NCBI GenBank assembly: GCA_902545405.1
Contig: CACCFT010000005.1
Location: 3,493 to 67,492, forward strand
DNA length: 64,000 bases
Source of the DNA: an uncultured Pelagibacteraceae bacterium
Lineage (GTDB): Bacteria > Pseudomonadota > Alphaproteobacteria > Pelagibacterales > Pelagibacteraceae
Direction of reading: 5' to 3'
A program made the translations under genes and the position numbers. Below, piece after piece: positions 34,840-44,263 of the stretch. The stretch's first letter is position 1; every line of letters starts with the position of its first letter. The notes beneath the pieces are model-generated. The model searched no databases and was not told the DNA's origin. It saw only the letters and a program-made list of their open reading frames with translations.

Positions 34840-36272
34840 TAAGCAACTCTAAGTTTTTGTTTACTTTGTAAATAATTATCAATTGATGTTGCGGCATCTC
34901 TTCCGTCTTTGATACCCCAAACCACTAAAGACGCTCCACGAACTATATCTCCGGCTGCAAAAACTCCCTCAATACTAGTTTCCATTGTATCAAAATCCGC
35001 TTTTATTGTTCCCCATCTTGATACTTGTAATTTTTCTTCATTAAATAGTTTTGGAAGATCTTCTGGATCAAATCCAAGCGCTTTGATAACAAGATCAGCT
35101 TTAATTTCAAAATCTGAATTTTCTTCAACAACTGGTTTTCTCCTACCGCTATCATCTGGCTCACCCAATTTCATTTTATTAACAACTACACTTTCAATTT
35201 TATTTGTTCCCTTAAACTCTTTAGGGCTTGTTAACCAAATGAATTCAACACCTTCTTCTTCTGCATTGCCAACTTCTCTTGCTGATCCTGGCATATTTTC
35301 TCTATCTCTTCTATATAAACATTTTACAGATTTAGCATTCTGTCTCACTGAAGTCCTTAGGCAGTCCATTGCTGTATCGCCACCTCCAATTACTACAACA
35401 TCTTTGCCTTCAGCATTTAAAGTTCCGTTATCAAACAACTCAACTTTATCACCTAGTCCTTTTTTATTTGATGCTGTCAAAAATTCCATTGCAGGGAAAA
35501 TATTACTCAAATCGTTACCAGGTAGATTAACTTCTCTAGCTTTATAAACTCCTGTAGCTATTAAAATTGCATCATGTTTTTCTCTTAACTCCGTCAAGCT
35601 GGAGTCTTTTCCAACTTCAAAGTTTAAGACAAATTTAATTCCACTTTCTTCCAGAAGTTTTATTCTTCTTTGAACAACATGCTTTTCTAATTTAAATCCT
35701 GGGATACCATATATTAGTAGCCCTCCAGCTCTGTCATAACGATCATATATAGTTACCTTGTATCCTTTTTTTCTGAGTTGTTCTCCACAAGCAAGTCCAG
35801 CAGGACCAGAACCTATAATTCCTACACTCTCATTTTTTTCACTATTTATTTCTATTGGTTTAACCCAACCATTTTCCCAAGCTTTCTCTGTGATATATTT
35901 TTCTATTGATCCAATAGTTACTGTTCCATGACCCGATTGCTCTATTACACAATTTCCTTCGCACAGCCTATCCTGGGGGCAAATTCTTCCACAAACTTCT
36001 GGCATGTTGTTTGTACTTTGTGATAATTGATAAGCTTCCTCATATCTTCCCTCAGCAGTTAGTTTAAGCCAATCTGGTATATTGTTACTTAATGGACAAT
36101 GAACTTGGCAAAATGGTACTCCACATTGGGAACATCTGCTTGACTGCTGAACAGCTCTATCTTTTAGAAATTCTTGATAAATTTCATCAAAATCCTCTTT
36201 TCGGTCTGATATATCTCTTTTAGGTGGATTTTGTTGACCTATATCAACAAACTTAAGCATTTTTTCTGACAT
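34839..36272 (-). CDS. gltD: glutamate synthase small subunit
   Basis: RCSQCGVPFCQVHCP, GRICPQDRLCE, GSGPAG, GGGDTAMDC and AGD..RGASLVV. Confidence 0.97.
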   Translation of the reverse strand: MSEKMLKFVDIGQQNPPKRDISDRKEDFDEIYQEFLKDRAVQQSSRCSQCGVPFCQVHCPLSNNIPDWLKLTAEGRYEEAYQLSQSTNNMPEVCGRICPQDRLCEGNCVIEQSGHGTVTIGSIEKYITEKAWENGWVKPIEINSEKNESVGIIGSGPAGLACGEQLRKKGYKVTIYDRYDRAGGLLIYGIPGFKLEKHVVQRRIKLLEESGIKFVLNFEVGKDSSLTELREKHDAILIATGVYKAREVNLPGNDLSNIFPAMEFLTASNKKGLGDKVELFDNGTLNAEGKDVVVIGGGDTAMDCLRTSVRQNAKSVKCLYRRDRENMPGSAREVGNAEEEGVEFIWLTSPKEFKGTNKIESVVVNKMKLGEPDDSGRRKPVVEENSDFEIKADLVIKALGFDPEDLPKLFNEEKLQVSRWGTIKADFDTMETSIEGVFAAGDIVRGASLVVWGIKDGRDAATSIDNYLQSKQKLRVA

Positions 36273-36380
36273 CGTGGACGCTGTATATATGATAAAAATT
36301 TAATAATAAACAATTACAAGGTCATAAATATTGACTAATATTCCACAAAACTTAAGTAAATCAGCGGTTTTTTCTTATTA

Positions 36381-36397
36381 TGCATAGATGATATGCA
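36381..36397. promoter_or_regulatory. palindrome TGCATA-N5-TATGCA (GCA-N9-TGC), candidate NtrX/NtrC-family operator
   Basis: Perfect 6-bp inverted repeat in the divergent gltD/uppP spacer, about 110 bp upstream of gltD. Confidence 0.4.
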
Positions 36398-36450
36398 AAT
36401 ATGTAATTGCTTTAATTTGGTTACAATTTCATTATGAAGTATTGGATCTA

Positions 36451-37218
36451 ATGATTTCAAAATATGTAGAGACGCTAATTTTATCAATTATTCAAGGAAT
36501 ATCTGAATTTATTCCAGTTAGCTCGTCTGCACATCTTTTAATTATATCAAGATTGAGTGACTTCAATGTTAGCAACCTACAATTAGATATTAGTCTGCAT
36601 TTAGGTTCCTTGTTAGCAATTATTTTATTTTTCAGAAAAGAGTTAATAAATATCATTAATAATAAAAATATATTTCTACTAATAATTCTTGGGTCTATAC
36701 CATTAGTTATTGTTGGTTATATTTTTTACTCCACAAATTTAATTGATCAATTTAGAAACTTAAAAGTTGTCGCTTGGACAACATTGATTTTTGGAATTTT
36801 ATTATACTTTTCAGATAAGTTTGAATTGAAAAATAAAATTTCTTCAGAATTAAATATTAAAAGTATTATTATAATAGGGTTATTTCAGATTTTAGCTATT
36901 ATTCCAGGAGTCAGTAGATCAGGTATAGTAATTACAGCTTCAAGATTTTTAAAATTTGACAGAGTTGAATCATCAAAGATAGCTTTTTATTTGTCTATTC
37001 CAGCTTTAGCAGGTGCTAGTGTTTTGGGATTTAAAGATGTTATTTATGATCAAATAAATTTTGATGCTATATTTATTTTTTCTACTTCAGCTTCATTTTT
37101 ATTTTCTTATTTTACAATTAAATATTTTCTTATTTATGTTAAAATGTTTAGTTTGAGTTTTTTTGTTATTTATAGAATAGTTTTAAGTATTATTCTTTTT
37201 TCAATTATTTACTTATGA
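36451..37218 (+). CDS. uppP: undecaprenyl-diphosphatase (start moved to ATG 36451)
   Basis: QGISEFIPVSSSAHL, HLGS, PGVSRSG and FVIYR. Confidence 0.95.
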   Translation: MISKYVETLILSIIQGISEFIPVSSSAHLLIISRLSDFNVSNLQLDISLHLGSLLAIILFFRKELINIINNKNIFLLIILGSIPLVIVGYIFYSTNLIDQFRNLKVVAWTTLIFGILLYFSDKFELKNKISSELNIKSIIIIGLFQILAIIPGVSRSGIVITASRFLKFDRVESSKIAFYLSIPALAGASVLGFKDVIYDQINFDAIFIFSTSASFLFSYFTIKYFLIYVKMFSLSFFVIYRIVLSIILFSIIYL

Positions 37219-38100
37219 TTTTTTGGACGTTGGAGCAATTTGAGAAAATATTACAGCAATAAGAATTAATACACATCCTATAATATTATTTATGTTAAGA
37301 ACTTGACTTAAAATAATCCATCCAGCAATTGTTGCAAAGACACCTTCAAGAGAGTAAATTATTGCTGCTGGAGCTTCTTCAATATTTTTTTGTGCAAACA
37401 TTTGTAAAGTAAAAGCAATTCCTCCAGATAAGACGCCTGCATATAATATTGAACTATACTCAGTTAAAATTTTTGTAATAACTACTTCCTCTAAAATAAA
37501 AGCAAATATAATAGATAAACCAAAAACAAGAGCTGCTTGTAATGCTGCATAAAAAATTGGTATATTAAATTTCTCCATAAATTTTCCAGCGAAAATTATA
37601 TGTAAAGCCCAAAATAGTGAGCATAGAATAACTAAAGCATCACCTATCATAATTTCTGAGTTTGAAAAATCACTTAATAGGTAAACACCTATTATACATA
37701 AACCTATTGAAGGCCAAAGACTCCAATGGACTTTAATAGAATAAATAAAAAATAATAAAATTGGAACTAATGGTACGTAAAAAACTGTGAAAAAAGCTGC
37801 ATTAGCTATATTCGTGTATTGTAATGCGGCTTGCTGTAAGTAAGTACCTAAAAATAATGATATACCCATTAAAAATAAATATTTTAAAAATAATTTTTTA
37901 TTAGAATTGATTTCATAATTAATTTTTTTTCTTTCTAAGATTAAAGCAATGGGTAGGACTGTAAGAAAACCAACAAAAAATCTAGATGCATTGAATGTTA
38001 ATGGACCAATATTGTCCATGCCTGTGTCTTGAGCAATGAAAGCAGTGCCCCAAATAAATGTTGTTATCAAAGCGCATATTAGCGATGTAGTTTTGGACAT
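37213..38100 (-). CDS. DMT/EamA family transporter
   Basis: IWGTAF, about 10 hydrophobic segments, duplicated EamA pattern (GDALV, AFTLQ, SLEGVFA). Confidence 0.9.
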   Translation of the reverse strand: MSKTTSLICALITTFIWGTAFIAQDTGMDNIGPLTFNASRFFVGFLTVLPIALILERKKINYEINSNKKLFLKYLFLMGISLFLGTYLQQAALQYTNIANAAFFTVFYVPLVPILLFFIYSIKVHWSLWPSIGLCIIGVYLLSDFSNSEIMIGDALVILCSLFWALHIIFAGKFMEKFNIPIFYAALQAALVFGLSIIFAFILEEVVITKILTEYSSILYAGVLSGGIAFTLQMFAQKNIEEAPAAIIYSLEGVFATIAGWIILSQVLNINNIIGCVLILIAVIFSQIAPTSKKS

Positions 38101-38114
38101 TAATTTAATTAAAT

Positions 38115-39212
38115 TTAGATAATATTATTCATTCTACAACAGCTATCAAAATCTTCTTTATTGATATAGCAACCAGCCATTTTTCTTATACCTGAAAATG
38201 CACCTCTACCATGCATTACTCTCCAATTATTAAAAATTAGTAATTCACCAGGTTTTAAAATATGCCTCCACTGATATTGCTTTTGGTTTGCCATCATATC
38301 AAATACTTTAATCGCTTTATAAAAATTAATTGTTTTCTGATCATTTTCTCTAAAAGGTGCTCTATCGTAATTGTTAAAACTAATTTGATCAAAATTATTT
38401 TTTTCATTTAATTTTATTATTGGTCTTTTTGCTTCAAGGCGAACACCATCACCAATATAAGAACCTTTAACATTTGTATTTGTTAAAGTTTTAAAATGTT
38501 TTTTATATTTTTGTTTGATTTCATTTGCCAATTTAAATCCATCTACCATTATAGAATCTCCACCTTTAGCATCGTACTTACAACAAAGCAGTAATTGTAA
38601 ACCCGGAGCATCATTACTATATGTAGAGTCTGTATGTGGTCTCAGTTCTTGGTTTGAATATGCACTGTCTGCTTTTTTATTATTTGATTCAAAAGTCCAC
38701 AATCCTCCAAAAATTGAATTTCTGACATAACCAATTTTTTTAGCTATATATTCAACAGAGTTTAAATTCTTTGAACAATTTCTTACGACTGCAAAACCAT
38801 ATATGTGGATTTTTTTTAATAAATTTTTAAATCCAACTTTAGTTTGTAATTGCTTATAATTAATGAAAATTTGATTTTTTATGTCTTTATCTTTCCAAAA
38901 TTGAGTATCACTTTTAGTTTCTTCTTTTTTTAAAGAATTTTTTTTTAAAAATTCATATGAATATTTGGTCGGTTTATTATCATCAGACCATAATATTTCA
39001 ATGAATTTCCCTTTTTTTAATAATTTTGCTTTTTTAACTTTGATATTAATGTCTAAATTTGCGGTATAAGTTATTCTTTGATTGGTTTTAAAATCCCAGT
39101 TTTCTTTATTTTTAATATGATCCCTTAACCAAATATTAGGAAATGTTTCAAACTTATTGTCATTAAAGTAAAATACAGTTTTATTATTTAAAAGTTTAAA
39201 ATTTTTAATCAT
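38115..39212 (-). CDS. Fe(II)/2-oxoglutarate dioxygenase, trimethyllysine/gamma-butyrobetaine hydroxylase family
   Basis: WLRDH N-terminal domain, AYSNQELRPHTDSTY (HxD), PGLQLL, GGDSIMVDGF, FNNYDR and NNWRVMHGR. Confidence 0.85.
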   Translation of the reverse strand: MIKNFKLLNNKTVFYFNDNKFETFPNIWLRDHIKNKENWDFKTNQRITYTANLDINIKVKKAKLLKKGKFIEILWSDDNKPTKYSYEFLKKNSLKKEETKSDTQFWKDKDIKNQIFINYKQLQTKVGFKNLLKKIHIYGFAVVRNCSKNLNSVEYIAKKIGYVRNSIFGGLWTFESNNKKADSAYSNQELRPHTDSTYSNDAPGLQLLLCCKYDAKGGDSIMVDGFKLANEIKQKYKKHFKTLTNTNVKGSYIGDGVRLEAKRPIIKLNEKNNFDQISFNNYDRAPFRENDQKTINFYKAIKVFDMMANQKQYQWRHILKPGELLIFNNWRVMHGRGAFSGIRKMAGCYINKEDFDSCCRMNNII

Positions 39213-40492
39213 TGCTTAGCTAATTTGTAGGCAAAGTTTTTACCAAGGTTATTTTTTAATTCATTATTAAATCTTGAACCCTCAGCACCGTCAATAATTC
39301 TATGATCGTAAGAGAGTGATAAAGGCAACATTGTTCTAGGTTTAAATTGTCCATCAATATAAACAGGTTTAATATAAGTCCTTCCAATTCCTAAAATAGC
39401 AACCTCAGGATAATTTATTATAGGAGTAAAATAAGTTCCTCCAATGCCACCTAGGCTTGTTATAGTTATGGATCCTCCATAAAACTCTTTTTTATCTATC
39501 TTCAAATTTCGGCAATCATCACTAACTTTTTTTAGATCCTTGCTTATTTGATCTATATTCTTTTGATTAGCATTTCTTATTTTTGGCACCATTAAACCAT
39601 TGGGAGTATCAACTGCAATTCCTACATGGAAGTATTTTTTTAATGTTATTTTTCCATTTTCGATATTATCAATAGAACTATTAAATCTTGGAAAAACTTT
39701 CAAAGCTTCCACAACTGCCTTTATAATAAATGCCAATGGAGTAATTTTCTTTTTTTCTCCAGTAAAAGTATCAGTCAAATTTTGTCTAAATTCTTCTAAC
39801 TCAGTGATATCTGCTTCATCACAACTAGTAACATGCGGTATTGTTTGCCAAGAATTTGATAAATGTGGAGCAGCAATTCTTTTAATTCTTGGTATATCTT
39901 GAATTTCTACATCTCCAAAATCAGCGTGATCATATTCTGAGGGCTTTATAGATGGAGCTTTCTTTTCTTCGTGAGGTTTATTAAAATTAGAAGATACGAA
40001 TTTTTTTATATCCTCCTCTATAATTCTTCCTGATCTTTGTGATCCAGTAATATTATTAATATCAACACCAAGTTCTCTTGCAAATTTTCTTGTTTTTGGA
40101 CTAGCAAGTGCTTTGCTTGATTTGAATACACTAACTCTATTATTTTTTAATATTTCTTTTGGTTTTGAAATTACTTTTTCGGGTGGTTTTTGTATAATAG
40201 TTTGTTCTTTAATCTCTTTGACCTCTTCTTCAATTTGCTCATCTGGTTTTTCTCCTTCTGAACCAATTATTAGTATTGATGAACCCTCTGAAACCTTATC
40301 ACCAACTTTTAAATTAACTTTTTTAACACTACCTGAGTATGGGCTTGGGATCTCAACACTTGATTTATCACTTTCTATTGTAATTATCGGATCATCTTTA
40401 TTAATATTTGATCCTGCCTCTATTAATACCTCAATTACTTCAACATCTTTAAAATCACCAATGTTTGGAACTAATACTTCTTTCTCGCTCAT
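39209..40492 (-). CDS. aceF: pyruvate dehydrogenase E2 (one lipoyl domain)
   Basis: ESDKSSVE lipoyl motif, ASP..RKFARELGVD E3-binding domain and SYDHRIIDGA. Confidence 0.95.
   Translation of the reverse strand: MSEKEVLVPNIGDFKDVEVIEVLIEAGSNINKDDPIITIESDKSSVEIPSPYSGSVKKVNLKVGDKVSEGSSILIIGSEGEKPDEQIEEEVKEIKEQTIIQKPPEKVISKPKEILKNNRVSVFKSSKALASPKTRKFARELGVDINNITGSQRSGRIIEEDIKKFVSSNFNKPHEEKKAPSIKPSEYDHADFGDVEIQDIPRIKRIAAPHLSNSWQTIPHVTSCDEADITELEEFRQNLTDTFTGEKKKITPLAFIIKAVVEALKVFPRFNSSIDNIENGKITLKKYFHVGIAVDTPNGLMVPKIRNANQKNIDQISKDLKKVSDDCRNLKIDKKEFYGGSITITSLGGIGGTYFTPIINYPEVAILGIGRTYIKPVYIDGQFKPRTMLPLSLSYDHRIIDGAEGSRFNNELKNNLGKNFAYKLAKQ
40353..40377. repeat. 25-nt exact direct repeat, copy 1 (aceF lipoyl-lysine segment)
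   Basis: TCAACACTTGATTTATCACTTTCTA, identical at 43424-43448. Confidence 0.85.
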
Positions 40493-43400
40493 TATAATTT
40501 TGTGGGCATAGGCTTATCTTTATCAATTTTATATTTTTTAATTGCATCTACCGCATGTTTAGAAGCAATTAATTGTTCATTAGATAAAATACTTAAGCCA
40601 TATGCAACTATATGCTCTTTATCGACTTCAAAAAATTTTCTTAGATTTTTTCTTGTATCACTTCTACCAAATCCATCTGTGCCCAATGAATAAAAACTTT
40701 TATTTATATAAGGTCTAATTTGGTCAGAATTCATTCTCATGTAATCTGAAGCTGCTAAAATAGGACCTTCGGTTTTTCCAAGGCATTTTTCAACGTAAGA
40801 GATTTTTTTCTCTCCTCCTGGATTAAGCAAATTATACCTTTCTGTTTCAAGTCCATCTCTTCTTAATTCATTAAAACTGGTAACACTCCATACTTCACTA
40901 TCAACTTGATATTCATTTTGTAAAATTTCTGCCGCTTCAATCATCTCTCTTAAAATTGTTCCTGAACCCAATAATTGAATCTTATTTTTTTTATTCTTGC
41001 TGAAATCTTTTATTTTATACATCCCTTTTAATATGCCTTCTTCACAATCTTTGGGCATCTCTGGATGAGAATAATTTTCATTCATTGTTGTAATGTAGTA
41101 AAAAATATTTTCATGTTTTTCATGCATTCTTCTTAAACCTTCTTTAAAAATTGTAGCTAATTCATAATGAAAGGTTGGATCATAGGAAACACAATTTGGA
41201 ATTGTTGATGCTAATAAATGACTGTGACCATCTTGGTGTTGAAGACCTTCTCCAGCCAAAGTTGTTCTTCCAGCTGTAGCTCCAATTAGAAATCCTCTTG
41301 TTTGACTATCTCCAGCCGCCCAAGCAAAATCGCCAGTTCTTTGAAAACCAAACATAGAATAAAAAAGATAAATTGGTATCATTTCTATATCATGATTTGA
41401 ATACGATGTTCCTGCTGCTATCCATGATGCCATGGATCCAGCCTCATTTATTCCTTCCTCTAAAACTTGACCACTTTTCTCTTCCTTGTAAGAGCTTAAT
41501 TGAGCTGAGTCCTCTGGCTCATATTTTTGACCTTCATGCGCATATATACCTATTTTTTGGAAAAAACCTTCCATACCAAATGTTCTTGCTTCATCAGGGA
41601 TTATTGGAACAAGTCTTGGAGCAACATTTTTATCTCTTAGCAAATTCGTCAACATCCTAACAAGTGCCATAGTAGTTGACATTTCTTTTTCACCGGTTGA
41701 TTTTTTCATAAAGTCAAAAATATCATTACTTGGTGTTTTGATTGGTTTCGAAAAAGACGATCTCTCAGGAATATATCCTCCTAAAGCCAATCTTCTTTTT
41801 TTTAAGTATTTTATTTCCTCTGAATTTTCATCAGGTCTAAAGTATTCTATATTTTTGACTTGTTCATCTGTTAATGGAACATCAAATCTATCTCTATAAT
41901 ATAGCAAATCATCTACATCTAATTTTTTTTGTTGATGGGTTGTATTTATACTTTCACCAGATTTTCCCATACCGTATCCTTTAATTGTTTTAGCTAATAT
42001 GACTGTTGGTCTGTCTTTTGTGTTAATAGCTTTATGATAAGCAGCATAAACTTTATGCGGGTCGTGACCGCCTCTATTTAATTTCCAAATATCGCTATCA
42101 GTATAACTTGCAACTAGATTTTTAAGTTCAGGGTATTTTCCAAAGAAGTTATCTCTGACATATAAACCACCTTTTGCTTTAAAGGCTTGGTATTCTCCAT
42201 CAACTGCTTCGTTCATTCTTTTTACAAGTAAACCTGATTTATCATTTGCGAGTAAAGGATCCCAATATGATCCCCAAATAACTTTTATTACATTCCATCC
42301 AGCTCCTCTAAAAATTCCTTCTAATTCTTGAATAATTTTACCATTGCCTCTTACTGGACCATCTAATCTTTGTAGGTTGCAGTTCACAACATAAATCAAG
42401 TTATCTAACTTTTCTCTTGCTGCTAAACCAATAGATCCTAGAGCTTCTGGCTCGTCTATTTCACCATCTCCTAAGAAAGACCAAACTTTTCTATTCTCAT
42501 CTTTTATTAATTTTCTATTAATAAGATATTTCATAAATCTTGCCTGATAGGTTGCCATCATTGGTCCAAGACCCATGGAAACAGTTGGAAACTGCCAAAA
42601 CTTAGGCATCAGCCATGGATGAGGATAAGATGATAAACCTCCTGGGTAAACTTCCTGTCTGAATCTATCTAATTGCTTCTCATCAAGTCTTCCTTCCAAA
42701 AAAGCTCTAGCGTAAATACCTGGCGCTGAATGTCCTTGGAAATAAATTAAATCTCCACCAAATTTATTGCTTTTAGCTCTCCAAAAATGATTCATTCCTA
42801 TATCATAGAGAGTTGCTGCTGAAGCAAATGTCCCAATGTGACCTCCTAATGATGGATCTCTCATGTTTGCTCTGACAACCATCACTGCTGAATTCCATCG
42901 AATTAGTGCTCTGATTTTTCTTTCGATATTTTGATCGCCAGGGGATTTTATCTCTTCATCTGCTGGTATAGTGTTTATGTATGGTGTATTTTGAGTGTAG
43001 GGTATATTTGATCCCTCTTTATATGCCTGATCAATTAATTGTTTAATTAAAAAATGAGCTCTCTCAGGTCCTTCGGAATGTACTACAGCAGACAAAGATT
43101 CTAACCATTCTTTTGTTTCTTGAGGATCAATATCATTATTATTTTCAACTATTTCTAATCTTTCATTATGTTCTTCTACTTGTGTATTTTCTACTTTGGT
43201 CTCTTTATGTGCACTCGTATCCAATTCAGAATTATTATATCCATTAGAATTTTCCGCTTCGGCAATTATTTTTTCCGTTGAAGGTGGTATCTTTTCAGTA
43301 GTTTCTTGTTTTTGCTTAGTTCCATTCTCAGAGGATAATGTTAGTATCAAATCTCCTTTAGAAACTTTATCACCAATCTTTATGTTAATACTATCTACAA

Positions 43401-43560
43401 CACCCTCAAAAGCAGATGGTACTTCAACACTTGATTTATCACTTTCTAAAGTTATTACAGGGTCATTTTTAGAGATTTTATCTCCTTCTTTTACAAGAAT
43501 TTCTATGATTTCTACCTCTTCAAAATCTCCAATATCTGGAACTAGTAATTTTTCACTCAT
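40492..43560 (-). CDS. aceE: homodimeric pyruvate dehydrogenase E1 with fused N-terminal lipoyl domain
   Basis: Residues 1-75 are a lipoyl domain (ESDKSSVE), followed by an acidic linker, then DIDPQETKEWL, GGHIGTF, QFPTVSMGLG, GDGE and LGTDGFGRSD. Confidence 0.96.
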   Translation of the reverse strand: MSEKLLVPDIGDFEEVEIIEILVKEGDKISKNDPVITLESDKSSVEVPSAFEGVVDSINIKIGDKVSKGDLILTLSSENGTKQKQETTEKIPPSTEKIIAEAENSNGYNNSELDTSAHKETKVENTQVEEHNERLEIVENNNDIDPQETKEWLESLSAVVHSEGPERAHFLIKQLIDQAYKEGSNIPYTQNTPYINTIPADEEIKSPGDQNIERKIRALIRWNSAVMVVRANMRDPSLGGHIGTFASAATLYDIGMNHFWRAKSNKFGGDLIYFQGHSAPGIYARAFLEGRLDEKQLDRFRQEVYPGGLSSYPHPWLMPKFWQFPTVSMGLGPMMATYQARFMKYLINRKLIKDENRKVWSFLGDGEIDEPEALGSIGLAAREKLDNLIYVVNCNLQRLDGPVRGNGKIIQELEGIFRGAGWNVIKVIWGSYWDPLLANDKSGLLVKRMNEAVDGEYQAFKAKGGLYVRDNFFGKYPELKNLVASYTDSDIWKLNRGGHDPHKVYAAYHKAINTKDRPTVILAKTIKGYGMGKSGESINTTHQQKKLDVDDLLYYRDRFDVPLTDEQVKNIEYFRPDENSEEIKYLKKRRLALGGYIPERSSFSKPIKTPSNDIFDFMKKSTGEKEMSTTMALVRMLTNLLRDKNVAPRLVPIIPDEARTFGMEGFFQKIGIYAHEGQKYEPEDSAQLSSYKEEKSGQVLEEGINEAGSMASWIAAGTSYSNHDIEMIPIYLFYSMFGFQRTGDFAWAAGDSQTRGFLIGATAGRTTLAGEGLQHQDGHSHLLASTIPNCVSYDPTFHYELATIFKEGLRRMHEKHENIFYYITTMNENYSHPEMPKDCEEGILKGMYKIKDFSKNKKNKIQLLGSGTILREMIEAAEILQNEYQVDSEVWSVTSFNELRRDGLETERYNLLNPGGEKKISYVEKCLGKTEGPILAASDYMRMNSDQIRPYINKSFYSLGTDGFGRSDTRKNLRKFFEVDKEHIVAYGLSILSNEQLIASKHAVDAIKKYKIDKDKPMPTKL
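43424..43448. repeat. 25-nt exact direct repeat, copy 2 (aceE lipoyl-lysine segment)
   Basis: Identical to 40353-40377. Confidence 0.85.
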
Positions 43561-43671
43561 TTCGCTATTTGTATATATATATATTATTTACTTTTAATAG
43601 ATGTATATTTTTGACCATTATTAAAATTTAGTAAAATTAATAATAAATGTTAAAAGAATAGATTATATTTA

Positions 43672-43748
43672 GCGCCTGTAGCTCAATTGGATAGAGCGCT
43701 TGGCTACGGACCAGGAGGTTCTGGGTTCGACTCCTAGCAGGCGCACCA
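43672..43748 (+). tRNA. tRNA-Arg(ACG)
   Basis: GCGCCTGTAGCTCAATTGGATAGAGC-CTTGG-CTACGGA-CCAGG...GGTTCGACTCC..CAGGCGCACCA; 77 nt with encoded CCA. Confidence 0.97.
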
Positions 43749-43843
43749 AAAGAAGGAAAAATGAAAATATCTTTGCAAAAATCTGTAATTTATTTTTTTG
43801 TAATAGTGTTAATAATATTATTTTTAATAACTTTAATAATTTA

Positions 43844-44263
43844 ATGAAAAAATTTAAACAAATTAGCGTTAAAAAAGGTTTCATGAGACACAATGGTGGT
43901 TTGCTACTGAGAGATATCTCAAAAACTAAATATGAATTTAAAACCAAAATAAAAAAAAACCATCTTAACAGAGCTGGCATAACTCATGGTGGGTATATAG
44001 CATCGATTATAGATACCGGGTGTGGATCTGGAGCCCATAGAATTTCGGGTAATCAACCTTGTGTAACTATAACACTTAATATTAACTTTATCGGGCCTTC
44101 AACTATTGGTGATGAAATTTTTGGATATGTAAAAATTAAAAAAAAAACAAAAAGCATGGTTTTTTTAGAGTGCTATTTAGAATGTAAAGGTAAAATAATT
44201 GCATCTGCTACAGGTATTTGGAAAATACTTCAACGTAAGTTACCCCATGCAGGTCTAAGCTAG
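43844..44263 (+). CDS. PaaI family hot-dog thioesterase (start moved to ATG 43844; the longer call overlaps the tRNA)
   Basis: HLNRAGITHGGYIASIIDT and VTITLNINF. Confidence 0.9.
   Translation: MKKFKQISVKKGFMRHNGGLLLRDISKTKYEFKTKIKKNHLNRAGITHGGYIASIIDTGCGSGAHRISGNQPCVTITLNINFIGPSTIGDEIFGYVKIKKKTKSMVFLECYLECKGKIIASATGIWKILQRKLPHAGLS

Noticed and set aside
34909-35547. 212-aa antisense ORF inside gltD, and the many other 60-150 aa antisense/shadow ORFs in the track
   Set aside because: They lie wholly opposite well-supported genes, show the Ser/Ile/Phe-rich composition of reverse-frame reads, and carry no motifs.
43700-43716. G37 in the tRNA-Arg(ACG) anticodon loop (CTACGGA)
   Set aside because: Differs from E. 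coli but also occurs in other bacteria such as Bacillus; not evidence of recoding.
43669-43980. ORFs overlapping tRNA-Arg (43669-43980 minus; 5' extension of the PaaI call from 43700) and tRNA-Leu (57238-57585 minus; fadD extension to 57207)
   Set aside because: Read-through of tRNA sequence; better ATG starts exist downstream.
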